From the NCBI GenBank assembly GCA_951406725.2, contig OX597814.1:41912001-41976000 (forward strand): a stretch of DNA of 64,000 nucleotides, written 5' to 3'. The DNA comes from Octopus vulgaris (Eukaryota). The notes under the pieces are model-generated. The model saw only the letters and a list, made by a program, of their open reading frames with translations, searched no databases and was not told where the DNA came from. Below, piece after piece: positions 42,595-55,652 of the stretch. Position 1 is the stretch's first letter. Each line of letters starts with the position of its first letter. The position numbers were made by a program, and so were the translations under genes.

Positions 42595-42700
42595 GCAGGG
42601 GGAATTTGAACTCATAATGTAGAGAACCGGAAGAAACACATTAAAGCAATTTTATCCGAAGCGTCAACAATTTTGTTGCTGTCCCACCAGCAAAGCAAAC
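42595..42700 (-). mobile_element. Family A SINE head fragment (duplicated segment)
   Basis: ggaatttgaactca..agagaaccggaagaaa..taaagca..ccgaagc..caacaatt, repeated at 42875-42965. Confidence 0.7.
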
Positions 42701-42732
42701 GTGAATTTCTCAAGAATAATCTATATATATGT

Positions 42733-42960
42733 ATTTACTACCCACAAAGGGCGAAACACAGAGGGGACAAACAAGGACAGACAAACGGATGAAGTCGATT
42801 ACATCAAACCCAGTGTGCAACAGGTACTTAATTTATCGACTCCGAACGGATGAAAGGCAAAGTCGACCGCGGCGGAATTTGATCTCAGAACATAGAGAAC
42901 CGGAAGAAATACCGTAAAGCATTTCAGCCGAAGCTTCAACAATTCTGTTACTGTCTCACC
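42733..42960 (-). mobile_element. Family A SINE
   Basis: tttactacccacaa..ggacaaacaagga..ggtacttaatttatcgac..ggatgaaaggcaaagtcgac..ggcggaatttga is the reverse complement of 38060-38250. Confidence 0.9.
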
Positions 42961-44713
42961 AGCAGAGAAAGCGTGCTTTTCTCAATAATAATCTACATAA
43001 CACATGCGTATATTCACACAGATAGATAATATTTCTGATAGAATTTGTGTTACGTAGAACGAAATAAGTGAAAGACGGTTGCGTCTCCTTTAAGTATAAG
43101 CTTACTTGCATCCCTAGTAGCATTTGGTTTTGGTAACATAAGAAAGAAACAAAACACATTTATTGCAGTCAATCTCTGCAATACCATTGTAGCTGGTTTT
43201 CAATGTTATGCCAATAAAACAATAACTTTTACGGCTACCTTATCTTTTATACATATCTATATTGATCTTTATCATAGAAATATGACCACAAATCTGGAGT
43301 AGTTCACATTCCATTTACTCGATACGAAGACTTCATTGGTACATTCGCCGAACAGACGAAGAACAAACGTGAAATAACAGACAGTTAAATGAACAATTAT
43401 TGTTGGGTTTTCTCCTAAAGTCGTTGTAGGTGACCAATTATGGTGCTTTGTTGAAGTATACAACCGCATTGAGCATTAAAAGTGTGGCACAATGAGTAAT
43501 GTATCCATCATTGCAACAAGCACTGGTTACATAAAACCTATGTGCTTTGTTACATTTCAGAAGTGTTTCATAACATTATTTTTAGAGCAATTTGTATAGA
43601 AATTAAAATATTCCAACTCGACATATTGTTAAAAATATTCACTTTTATTGTATAAATATTAAGAGGATACTGAATACAATTGTTTCCTTGGATATACCAC
43701 AAAAATGGTGGATACAAGGATGTGTAGAGATGACGTTTAATACATATTTAAAATTGCTATTTTATATAATACAATATAATATTATGTTGTATGATTTAAT
43801 ATAGGGAACGTTATACTTAAACTGGTTGGTCTGACTATTAAAGCACGACCAAATTGGGCTGACCATCTTGGAAATTTAATAGTAATATTATTACTAACTA
43901 TAGAAATAAAATGCTTCTAAACTAACTTTCCATTAGATATAAATGTATATATTACAACAATTAGCATAAAAGAGGCAGTTAAATTATTTATAGACAGACA
44001 GGTTTTGGTCCTGAGTATTACTTAAATCAATATAACAAATGTTGGTATCAATTAGAGGGTAAGTTTGCTACAGGCACTACACTAACCTATATGCTACTGT
44101 AATTAGAGCCCAGCATTGAGCTTCAATTCTCTTGCTGTTGAAACTAGAATACGCAGATACAAATGTAACAGCACAATGACAGATATTTTTTCAGAAACAC
44201 AGCTGTTCTTCTTAGATTAAGATATTTCAAATATTTCTCACATATTCAAATGTCAAGGAACTCACAAGTAATTTTTATGTGAAGTAATATGAAATGGCAT
44301 AATAAGATATGATGATAGAAATAGTTCTTAAACTAAGACACGTATGCTTATAAACGTATATATCAATATATGTGCATGTATGGAAAGAGAGAGGGGGAGA
44401 AAGAAGGGAGAGGGAGGAATGAAGAGAAATGAAATAGAGAGTGAGAGAGGGAAAGGGAGATTACATAAATGAAAAGGGAATAGAAAATTTATATCGAGAA
44501 CTTCAGTAAGTTAAAGCTCTTTCAGATATAGGAAGCAAAATACTAATATTTGGGTTTGTGTATCACACTATAATGTCATAGGATCTACAAAAATGAAGTG
44601 CAATTTTATTATGAAAAGCATCCACAGAAATCATTACCATTCCAAAAAGCATTAACTTATGTAGGAAATGAAATACATACACATAAAACACATACATACG
44701 TGCATGCATACAT

Positions 44714-44955
44714 AGGGGAGAATTCGCAAAAAAGACGAAGACAGGTGGTTTAGATAACAAGCAGATGTATTTGTTTAACGCGCAGGATGTGAAAAAGTGT
44801 ATAACGTTTCGAGCCTACGGTCTTCCACAGAAAGGAACACAGAAAGAAACACGGAAAGAAAATAAAGCATGTGTAGTGGCTAGCGATTTATCATGGCGAT
44901 TGCCGAACAGAGGGGTTACACAGGAGAGCTAGGAAGAAGGGGAGACAAAATAAAG
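44714..44955. mobile_element. Interspersed repeat fragment, possibly a Penelope-like terminal region
   Basis: Contains aacgtttcgagcctacggtcttcc, whose minus strand (GGAAGA-ccgtaggctc-GAAACGTT) resembles an eroded minimal hammerhead. Family assignment from recall only. Confidence 0.45.
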
Positions 44956-45489
44956 TTCCGAAAATCTATATGAATATCTTTATATGCGTTCTAATCAATC
45001 CAAAATCACCAATGTGAGAGTGAACTATCTCAATTTTATTAGAACGATAAATATAATACATTTCCCATCTTTATGTCTTATCTCAAATAAAAGTCAGGTG
45101 CCGCATCAAGGATGATAACAGATGGTGGTATCTCATGATTAGTATCGTTGTACCGAATGCAAATTGATGGGATATTTGAGTCATCTTTCCTAAAATATAT
45201 GTATTTGGGAAATTCAAATGCAAGTGTGCAAAATAATATCACATCCTATTGCGTATTAGAAAAAAGGTTTAATAATTAGTCATTCCTACACCTGTTCACT
45301 AGCATACACACATTCTCATGTTTAGAGTCATTGTGTCATGAAATGATTAATCGTGTTGAAAACGGACTCATAAATCATAAACAATAAATAGGCAAGCATG
45401 TACTTGGAATGAATATGAAAAGATCTATCCAGTTAGCATTAGCGTTTGCTGTTCTTAATTGTAAGAGTTATGCTTTTGCAGTTTATATA

Positions 45490-45536
<47 letters not shown>

Positions 45537-47117
45537 TCCCATTATGTCAGCCGAAGACATCTTAAAATCGACTGTATTAGAGAGTCATGACAACTAACGT
45601 AAAGTTTTAACTGCCTGGTAGGATTTTGGACTTAACTTTGCATTTGGAATCCAATTTCTAGTAATTTTCCATTGTATTTCATGCTCTGGAATCAATAAGA
45701 AAAATCAGATATACATTTGAGTCGATTACGCTTCTCTCTTACGAATATGTAGCGTTACATATTAAGAAGAAATCAATATAAGTTTAATATCTAGATGAAC
45801 TGGAAATCAATGATGCGTTCGAAACGGTAGATGAATTAATTAGATGTATTTTTACCCTAATAGATTCTGAATATCCAAAGTGTTGTGGCCGACTTTGGTG
45901 CTCACATCACATATTTATAAACAGACCGGAATTTTAGAATGTATTCGATTAACATTCTCCAAAACAAAAAGGGTGTACTTTTAATGTACATGGTCAAATT
46001 TAGGGTATAAATAGACTTGCGATGTCTCTCTATATTTTTACAAAATTTCTTTGGATCAATTGCATGGATCACAAAAATAAGTCTTTTCGGTATGGAACTC
46101 AAGCAAGTTCAGAAAGTACTGAGTCGATCTTAATAAATATCAGGTTAGCATTATAGCTGCGATATGTTAAAATATGCATGGTATTAACGTATTTTGCTAA
46201 CAATCAGTTGTATATGATATCAATTAACTTGTGTTTTGCCGTTGTAATTTCCAAATATTTCTTTTTGCACAAGAATTTCCGATTAACTTTTTGTAATTCT
46301 CCACCGTATTTTGCCTAAAGTTCATATTATGCTTTTTAAAATAATTTCTTGTTATTTCATATCGAAACACATTTAAAATTATGTATATTTTCTTTTTCTT
46401 TGTTTTCAATTGTTAGTTGTTTCGAGTAATGTATCATCTAAATTGCACAAAGCAAGAAAAACTGAAATCAATATTAAATTTGTATTCTAAATCTCACACT
46501 ATCTTGGAGCATCTTCCACGCGCAGTTTATTTATCGATAACTAAAATTTCTTCAACATACAATGTAAGTTGTCGAAATCATTTAAAATACGTGTCAAAAC
46601 TACAATTAAATTAATTGAAAGCTCCAAATTTTAGAATATATATCCTTAGGTTTGTAATGCTCTACGTGAAAAATACAAAAGCAATCTCCCATTCAAATAT
46701 TTAAATCAATTTGTTTTGTGAAATATTCAACTAAACGGTAACATTTGGAGCACAACACGTAAAACTAAATTATCTAGCATCGTCTCCTAATCTAGTTTCT
46801 GATTTATTTATTTTTTCGCGAAAATATTATTGGCTTAAAGATACCATGGCTCAAGTAAAAAAATTGGCCCCAAATGTAGATATGCGGAATCGGTAAAAAA
46901 AAAAGAAGTAATTTTAAATTTTTTTAATTTCATTTACTCATTTTAGATTTCTGTAAAATTCTGCCAGCTATTCCCACTGTGTAATTGTGAAAATAGTTGC
47001 TTAACATTATGTACATCATACAATGTTATATATATATATATATATATATATGCTTGTGTGTGTGTGTGAGAGAGAGAGAGACATAGAGAGAGAGAGAGAC
47101 ATAGAGAGAGAGAGAGA

Positions 47118-47340
47118 CTAAGGTTAGCTGGACAGGCTCATCGTCATTCAGTGTTGATACTGCACTCAGTGTTTCTCTGGGAACCATTACACGGACACAC
47201 TAGAAGAGGGACACTGAGGATGGCATATATTAATGCCCTAAGGACAGACACTGGTCTCTCGTAAAAAAAAAAACACCAATGATGAGGGGGAAGTACCACT
47301 GGAAATAACTCGTCCATGGATCGCAGGAATCTTGCCCACC
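47118..47340 (+). mobile_element. RTE/RTE-X LINE 3' end fragment
   Basis: Translation from 47118: LRLAGQAHRHSVLILHSVFLWEPLHGHTRRGTLRMAYINALRTDTGLS*, matching the RLRLAGH..RH..LWEP.HG.R.RGRP..TYID.L..DTGL consensus. Confidence 0.85.
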
Positions 47341-48506
47341 GAAGATAGATCGATAGTTGTGAGTAGATATATGTGTCTACTTGTGTGTACGTGTGCGTGA
47401 GTGTGTGAGTGCGCGCGTATATGCTTGTACGTTAGAGAATTGTTCAAAATGTATTATAGTTTAATCTCCGGTGTATGTCAGCCAAATTCTGGAGACCCTC
47501 TGTTAAACACAGGAATGTAAATACATGTTGGGATGCATGATCTACAGTTAACGATGGCAGCATGACCGAATCGCTACATATTTGTCTATATGCTCATGTT
47601 CAAATCACTGAATTTTCAGATCAATTGTACCAACTTACAATACTTCACTCAGTTGCTACTTCGTGTATTTCTAACTGAGAGATCTTGAAGTATGTTCCTA
47701 ATTTGCCAACCCGTTATATTTCTCGGGTAAATAATTCGAAATAGCTAACACAAAGAAGGGCAGTGCGTATTTTCAACTACTAATCTGGAATAGTAAAGTT
47801 GCTGTAGTAACACTTAAGCAGAGTAACCACAATTATAACGTATATATGAAAATACATTTTCAATAATGTAATCGTTTGTCTCAAGGAACGAAAATTATTA
47901 TATTTAAATGCTTCCAAATGACATGAATATTCATACGCCTAGACAAACATACCAAGCAGTCAATGAGCCTGATAGCTCGCAAATACAGATTAGCATGTTA
48001 CTAAAGATGACCAGTGTAAAATGAATAACCCAAGCAGTTACTTGTTCTTTGACATTTAACCAACTCATTTATTCATTTTGTCACATGATATTTGCTGTAC
48101 AAAAAATATATATCTTGTTGCCCTGCAGCTATTTCAAAAGTAAAGAAAATATATGGTCAATTGCAGCTTGACATAAGATATATTACAGCATTGAAATTTC
48201 TGCTGCGTGAATTATATGAAACTTTGTTCTCATTGAACAGTAATCATGTTGACGTACCAACAAATTCATAATCAACAATAGCATTGGTACTCCATAAACT
48301 TAAGACTGAGGGTAAACTGTGTATATGGTTACTGCATCTGATATGAAATTTAAAAATCATAAGCACCAAAGAATATTGTTATATTAGTTATTCATTGACG
48401 CAAATACTATATTTTGGTAGAACTCCGGCTGCTATAATATCTATTTTTGTGATCCATTGCTTTTAACAGAAAAATCCCAGACATTTTTCTGAATTCAGCT
48501 ATATCT

Positions 48507-48580
<74 letters not shown>

Positions 48581-48583
48581 GTC

Positions 48584-48940
48584 ATGAGGCGCAATGGCCA
48601 GGCGATTAAGGCAGCGAACTCACGGTCGTAGGATCCAGCTTTCTATTCTCGGACCGAGCATCGTAAGTGTTTATTGAGCCAGAACACCTAAAGCTCCACG
48701 AGGCTGTGGCACGGGAGGGATGGAGGCGTACAAAGATGTACTCTTTCACTGCAAATACCTCGCACTCTCCTTTCCTGTTTCTGTAGTACCTGTATTTCAA
48801 AGTGTCACACTGAATCTCCCTGAGAACTACGTTAAGTGTATACGTGTCTGTTCAGCCACTTGCTCGTTAATTTCACGAGTAGGCTGTCCCGATGATCGGA
48901 TCAACTGGAGCACTCATCGTCGTAACCGACTGAGTGTCAC
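48584..48940 (+). mobile_element. tRNA-derived SINE (family D head, alternative tail)
   Basis: Head homologous to 41481-41600. Tail tgtcacactgaatctccctgagaactacgttaag..gtcgtaaccgac is unrelated to the 41660-41785 tail. Confidence 0.85.
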
Positions 48941-49598
48941 AGTATTCAATAACTATGATTTAAGTACTCATATCTATGCAATAACTTTTCAGGTTCAACT
49001 ACATGTAATGAAATGCTTGTTCAAATATTTACGGAAATTATTTGGTCCTTAAGAGATATTCACTTCCGACAAACAAAAAAGAAAAAAATAATTTACAGCT
49101 GCGTGTAATTGTTGTAACATCTCACACGTGACAAAAATATCAACTTTCTCTCCCGTATCAATTTTCCATTATTTGTAAAATACATTTTTCTATGATTAAA
49201 TATGTCTGCAATTCATATTGGTATATGTTCAAACATCGCTAATGGTTATTTAATTTGATATTCCACTATCGACGTCGCTGATGGAATACTTCAGAGTGTA
49301 TGATAAAATCAACCGAAAGGCCGCAGATTACCCATTCTAATCTTTCTAATTGGCACGGTGCAATTCTTAAAAAATTGTTCATCAATATTAAAATATATGC
49401 TACGTAGAAAAAACGCTTATCTTTGTCTTTGGGTTTCTAATGCAATTTTATGGAATTTGTATGGACTACAACAGATTTGTTGAGTTCTCAGTCTATATCA
49501 CTCTTTAAACTTCCCTATTAAGATGTGAGATAAAATATCAGATGAGTAAGCATTACATAATGTAGAAGGTGTAATACAAGCTTCAAGTCAACTCAATT

Positions 49599-49644
49599 AA
49601 AGCGTGTATGCAGTGACAGAAAGCGTGTATGCAGTGACAGAAAG
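49599..49644. repeat. 21-bp tandem duplication (AAAGCGTGTATGCAGTGACAG x2)
   Basis: Directly visible. Confidence 0.9.
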
Positions 49645-50145
49645 ACAAATGTTCGAGTTCACATATGCATAATTTTCTTTAATAATGAGATAAGGGGATT
49701 GTTAAACATTTATTATCGAAGAATGTTCGATATTAGTCGCTAAAATAACAAAATATCAATTCAACGTGCATTATGCATTCACATATTGTGTTTTGTAGAC
49801 GAGATATATTTTGTATCATATATAATAACAATGTACAACTGTGCAGGTTTGTGCGTTTATTTTGTTTTATTTTTCATTGAGGAAAATACATACAATGTCA
49901 TCGGTTCCCAAACAGCACCCTCATTTCTGAATACTGAGGTAGCTACAACAGAAACTTTGACATCTAGAAATGAAAAACAAAATATATAAATCAATGCCGC
50001 TTTAAAAGTTAACATCCAGAAATACTAAACGTTTCTAATAATACATTAATTGCATTTTGATGACATCATGACAGTGATTAGGAAATGTTTCCAGTTCATT
50101 CATGCGAAAGTATAGATAAATGATTCAAGCTATAGGAGGCAATTG

Positions 50146-50186
<41 letters not shown>

Positions 50187-50738
50187 TTTACTCAGAAACG
50201 AAATACAAGAGGAAGTGAAATGTCTTTTTCAGTAAACTCATCCATAATAATAAGTATGTTGGGCATTCTCTGACTAATCCGTACTATAAACAGCAAATTT
50301 CTTCAACGGAGAAGTTAAATCTATTACGTATGAAATATGTTGATGTTGGATTGAGGAAATTTACTGTATCAAACAGAGAAGACATATAACAGAAGATATT
50401 AAAGTCTCAGCACACCGTGGTGTATTGAATATAGCATAGGTATACACAAAAATACCATCCACATATATAAATATATTCATAAATACACATACAAAGACAT
50501 ATATACATATATGTATGTGTCAGTGAGTTTGACTGTCTGTATTTGTGTGAATGTATTAACAATATGGGTCATAATTGCATCCATTAAAATTTCTTATACG
50601 CGCCTTGCTTCGGTGCATCATCGAGTAAATATTCAATATATTGATATAGATTTTATAATCCATAAGTGTTATACACATTCATATATACTCATATACATGC
50701 ACATATAATCATCTTTCCTCTCTCTCTCTCTGTTTATA

Positions 50739-50791
<53 letters not shown>

Positions 50792-50949
50792 GAGTCATTA
50801 TTTATAAGCTTAGCATTTATTCTATCGGTTGTCAAGAGATGGTGGATGGACAAACACGAACATATACATGCATGTATGTATTTGTGTTTATCTCTCAACC
50901 ATTGCTTGACAACCGATGGTAGTGCTTTTACGTGCATGTGTGTGTATGC

Positions 50950-51155
50950 TTGTTTGTCTGTGTTTGTCTCCCGCCATCATTGTTTGACAACCGATGCTGG
51001 TGTGTTTACGTCCCCACAACTTAGCAGTTCTACAAAAGAGGCGATAGTAAAAGTGCTAGGCTTACAAAGAATAAGTCCTTGGGTCGATTTGCTCATCTAA
51101 AGGCAATGCTCTAGCATAGTCGCATTCAAATTACTGAAAAAGTGTAAAAGAGTAA
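50950..51155 (+). mobile_element. 3' half of a family B SINE
   Basis: tgtctgtgtttgtc..ttgacaaccgatgctggtgtgtttacgtcccc..ggcttacaaagaataagtcc..gggtcgatttg is the reverse complement of 39500-39660. Confidence 0.9.
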
Positions 51156-51178
51156 ACATAAATATATACATACATACA

Positions 51179-51213
<35 letters not shown>

Positions 51214-51299
51214 GCAGCCCACAGATGATTTGTTTATAATGTTCGAATATTTGTGTACACATAAGCACACTCCCTCATTCAAATCGACATTACCTGTAT

Positions 51300-51451
51300 A
51301 GGTGCACCACGTGCTACATGTCAGATCACGAAATGATCGCGGAGCAACTTGAAATGAAGTGCTTTGCTCAAGTACAACGCGCAACGCCTGATCTTGGAAT
51401 CGAACCCACGATTTCGGAATCGTGAGTGCAACACTCTAAATACTGAGCCAT
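51300..51451 (-). mobile_element. 5' tRNA-like head of a family C SINE
   Basis: Minus strand: TGGCTCAGT A box, GGGTTCGATTCC B box, then ttgagcaaagcacttcatttcaagttgctcc as at 31132. Confidence 0.8.
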
Positions 51452-51465
51452 ATAAATAAATGAAT

Positions 51466-51502
<37 letters not shown>

Positions 51503-52057
51503 TACTTGAGGGATTCTCTGATTCAGAATGACAGATAATATTTCCACAAATTAAAGTAGTAGTCATGTTCTATATACGTGCATTTGTTTGCAGCTTGCTA
51601 GTGTCTTGCAAACCTTTTGGCAGAAGCAGCAAATTGTGGACTCATTCACTACTCGTTTGTGACCTCACTCACTATATGCTTGTGGATAATTTACAATACT
51701 TTGCTTCATGCACAAAAACACAATGACAGGTAATGTGGTAATGTATTCACTAAAAGAGGTGATTTCTGTCAGAGTACATTCATATGCCTGCAGGAGATGG
51801 TTGTGATTTCGGCTTCATTGAACTGAGGAAAGCAGGACTGTTGCCAAAAGGTGCGTTCTGATGCTTTGTTTAACAGTAAGGAAAGTGAATATAGCATCGC
51901 TATTTTAGTTTATGAATCTATCACCTATCTATATATCTATCAACATAACTATATATATATAGTTGTCTACTCGTTGTCTACTCCTTATGCAAAGTTTGAC
52001 ACCATCTGTACCTACACCTTAGCACCGTCACGGCATCTGATGTGGCTTCTTAAACCA

Positions 52058-52143
<86 letters not shown>

Positions 52144-52729
52144 TAATATATATATGTATATACGGTTATTGTTCACAGCACAATGTATGCTATGCAATAT
52201 GTGGAAAGGTGTGCCTTTAAATATGGACGATCAAAAAGGCCTTTCAAATGTCTTCCTGTTGTGGTATCTATTCCATCTGCCATGCAGCATACACAATTGT
52301 GCATTATGAAGTAGCATGAGCAAGTTTTGTCAGGGCTCAAGAGTCACACAAGAGCCTCATATTGTTTGATCAATGACTCATATCATCGATTCTCTCTAAC
52401 AATGGCTTTGTAAATAAACGAGAATGCAGCTGGTATATATATCTAAGCGATTGTGACCATGTTACTTTCTCTTAATATTGCCGTGCTGTTTTTACTACGT
52501 CATGACTTCCCACCAGTTGTGGACAACCTGCGGGTGTAAATGACAATGGGTGTTTCACCTGATTAACTTTAGAGCCGAAACATACGTGGTTTACTTTTGG
52601 CGCATCGAGCGCTTTGACTCACACCTATGTGTCTCTGTTTATGTATGTATATATATATACATATATACACATACACTCATACACACACATACACAAACCC
52701 CATATATGTATATATCAATGTACATATCA

Positions 52730-52789
<60 letters not shown>

Positions 52790-55606
52790 ATACGTATGTA
52801 TGTATATATATATATATGTATATATATGTATATATGTATATATATATATGTATGTATATCTCATATTATATGTATATATGTATATACAGGCATATATATA
52901 TAATTATAAGTGCGGGTCTCTGTGTATAGGCAAATACGTGTGTTGCTAAGTCAAGCGTGCTGTCTGTGTAATTTAAATGCCTAATATTTTTAAAAGGGAA
53001 GATAGAGAGGAATAATAAGGAGATAAATAAATATCTACAAGTTAGAAACACATTTTTCTTTTAAACTCGCTTCTTAATTTCAGTTCAAGTATACTTACTA
53101 AAGAGACGCAGCTCTTTGAGTTTTGGTACAAATGTAATTCTTTAAAGAATTTCAAAAAAAATATTTATATATTTACTTATGTTCTTTATGCTTTCTTCCA
53201 TTTTTCTTTTGTGCCTAAGATTCGACAGCTCTCCGAAAGGACAATGGTGATGTATATAGCTTTTATTTCCATAATACTTTCCTTATGTGAAATCAATGCT
53301 CGCTCCCATTAACGTTCAAAATCTGTTATTGTTACTCAGCAGTTCTTGAATGGATGTTTCAACGAATAGGTTCTGCTGAAATATCTTTAATTATCTTACA
53401 TTCGTGCGCATTCCTTCTACGATAATAACAATCAAAATAAATACGTATATCTAAATATAAATAAGACACTTACAACATTTTCTTTTACGATACAATTGAG
53501 AGAATAATAAACTGAAGTGACAAATCATGTCAGCCAAGACGTCTGTACTGAATTATATGCTAAAACACTATTACAATGAGCTTCAGGTGGAACAAGATTG
53601 AAAGCGATGATTTGGTGTGTATCTTAGAGAAAGGGCTTCTTTCATAAATATAGAAGCCTACACACACGCACGCGCACACGTATTCGCACAAACGCACACT
53701 TATTTTCTCACACAATCACATAAGCATACAGAGAAACATGCACGCGCATACACGGAAAAAGATACACACAGAATACTGTATGAAGTTGTGTATGTGAGAA
53801 TCTGTAAAAATCCTTTCTTTTATTTCATTGTGTTCATATATATTTCGATTTTCTTTTCATGTCAATGTAACTCAGCGATACCTATGGCGCATAAACGTTT
53901 TCTTTTCTCGTTTCAAATTGGATTTTCAGTTTTTAAATCGATTTACTATTTGCAGCGAATCATGTGCTGCGTTGTATCGATGAATGTAGGCTCAATGCGA
54001 TTTGAAGTACCTTTTAGGGTTTCCGCCATCAACATTTTTAAAAAACTTAGTTCTCAGAATTGTCTCAAAGAATAGCATGCTTTATACATATTGTTCTGAA
54101 ATAAATAAAGGTTACAACCGTTTTATTTAATTTTAAAATCTTAAGATCGAAACAGCAGATGGCCTTTAAGAAAGGAAAAGTAATGAAAAACCTAAAACAC
54201 CTGATAAGTATACAATGGAGCTTACATCTATACATAATCAATTGACTTTAGCTATCATGAGGCAGCTTCACCTTCGATATATACTCTCTCTCTCTTTCAT
54301 TCATTCTTTCTTTCTTTCACTCTCTTTCTCTCTTACTCATTCACTCTCTTTCTTTCCCTCTTTTTCCCTTCTCTCTATCTGTGAATGTGTGTGTGCCTAT
54401 GTTTCCATCTGCATGTTATGAAGACTACGTTTACACGAATGTGGATGTATTATATATCACTGTATATATATATATATATATATATGCCACAAATGGTGGA
54501 TTTACTCTCAGCCTTTCCCGAAGTTTTCGAAACACTGATTGTAGAAAACGGAAAAAAGCTTAGTACATGCCACACAGCATATATTTTTTTTGATTGCTTG
54601 AAGACACAAACGAATACTTCAGATTTACCACCTGTGAGATAATTGAAAGAAGACTCATTCATTATGAATACATAATATCAATTAAAATTATTTTCCATGA
54701 AAATATCAAAATTTCATTGCGTTGAAAACGATGGTCGCAGGAATATTTCAATCAATATGTTACCTGTTTGGAGATAGCTCAGACATTCCTATAAAAGATG
54801 GTATAAAGAGTACATCATATATGGTCAAAATTATTTCCCTATCATTGAAATCTCGGTAACCTGCTCAGAATTCAAAACATTAGAAACTATCTTTCTTTTT
54901 GTTGCATTTACCATTATTTCCGCGACTTTCTCTCAATTGAATTAACTTCCTGGTCACTTTTGTTAGAAACATCATGTCATCTTTCTCTTTTATACTTAAT
55001 TCTGGGTTAATTATTTCATACCTGATATTTGCTCTCTAAAAATACCAACATGGGTATGAATTTTCTTCAAGGCCTGAGCCTGCATAGCTGCTGTAGTAAA
55101 GTTCTAAACGGAAGCTACCGAAAATTCAAAATTGCCTTCTGTTGCAGACAACGTTTAAGTACTTATCCGGAAATAATGATTCAATTATGAAACACTGAAA
55201 CCATATGGCATGTGTCAATGTGAAGGTGTTCGCCTGAATTCTTATACCTCGCTACCAATCGGTAAATCTATTCAGCAAGTATAGGAAAGTGAATTAATTT
55301 ATTGCTCTATGATTTGAAACATTGCAATTTATTTCCCCGCAATAATTCATTATGCCGTTCTGTATGAAAACGGGAAAAAGGAAATCGATACTTAATTTTC
55401 CTCGCAATCTGATGTCCTGCTTTATAAAAGTTTGGTTTATAGAACTTACGGAAAATATTGATTCCTTTCTATAATCCTTTTACAAATGTCGATGTAAGAC
55501 ACAAATTATATTAATGTTTGACTATCAAATGCAATATGTATTTATATGTATCTACATATATATGCATATAAGTACATATCTCTCTCTCTCTCTCTCTCTC
55601 TCTCTT

Positions 55607-55652
<46 letters not shown>

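Noticed and set aside
51380-51451. tRNA-like sequences with A/B boxes (also 39850-39920, 41481-41545)
   Set aside because: They continue into repeated SINE bodies and lack a full cloverleaf, so they are SINE heads and not tRNA genes.
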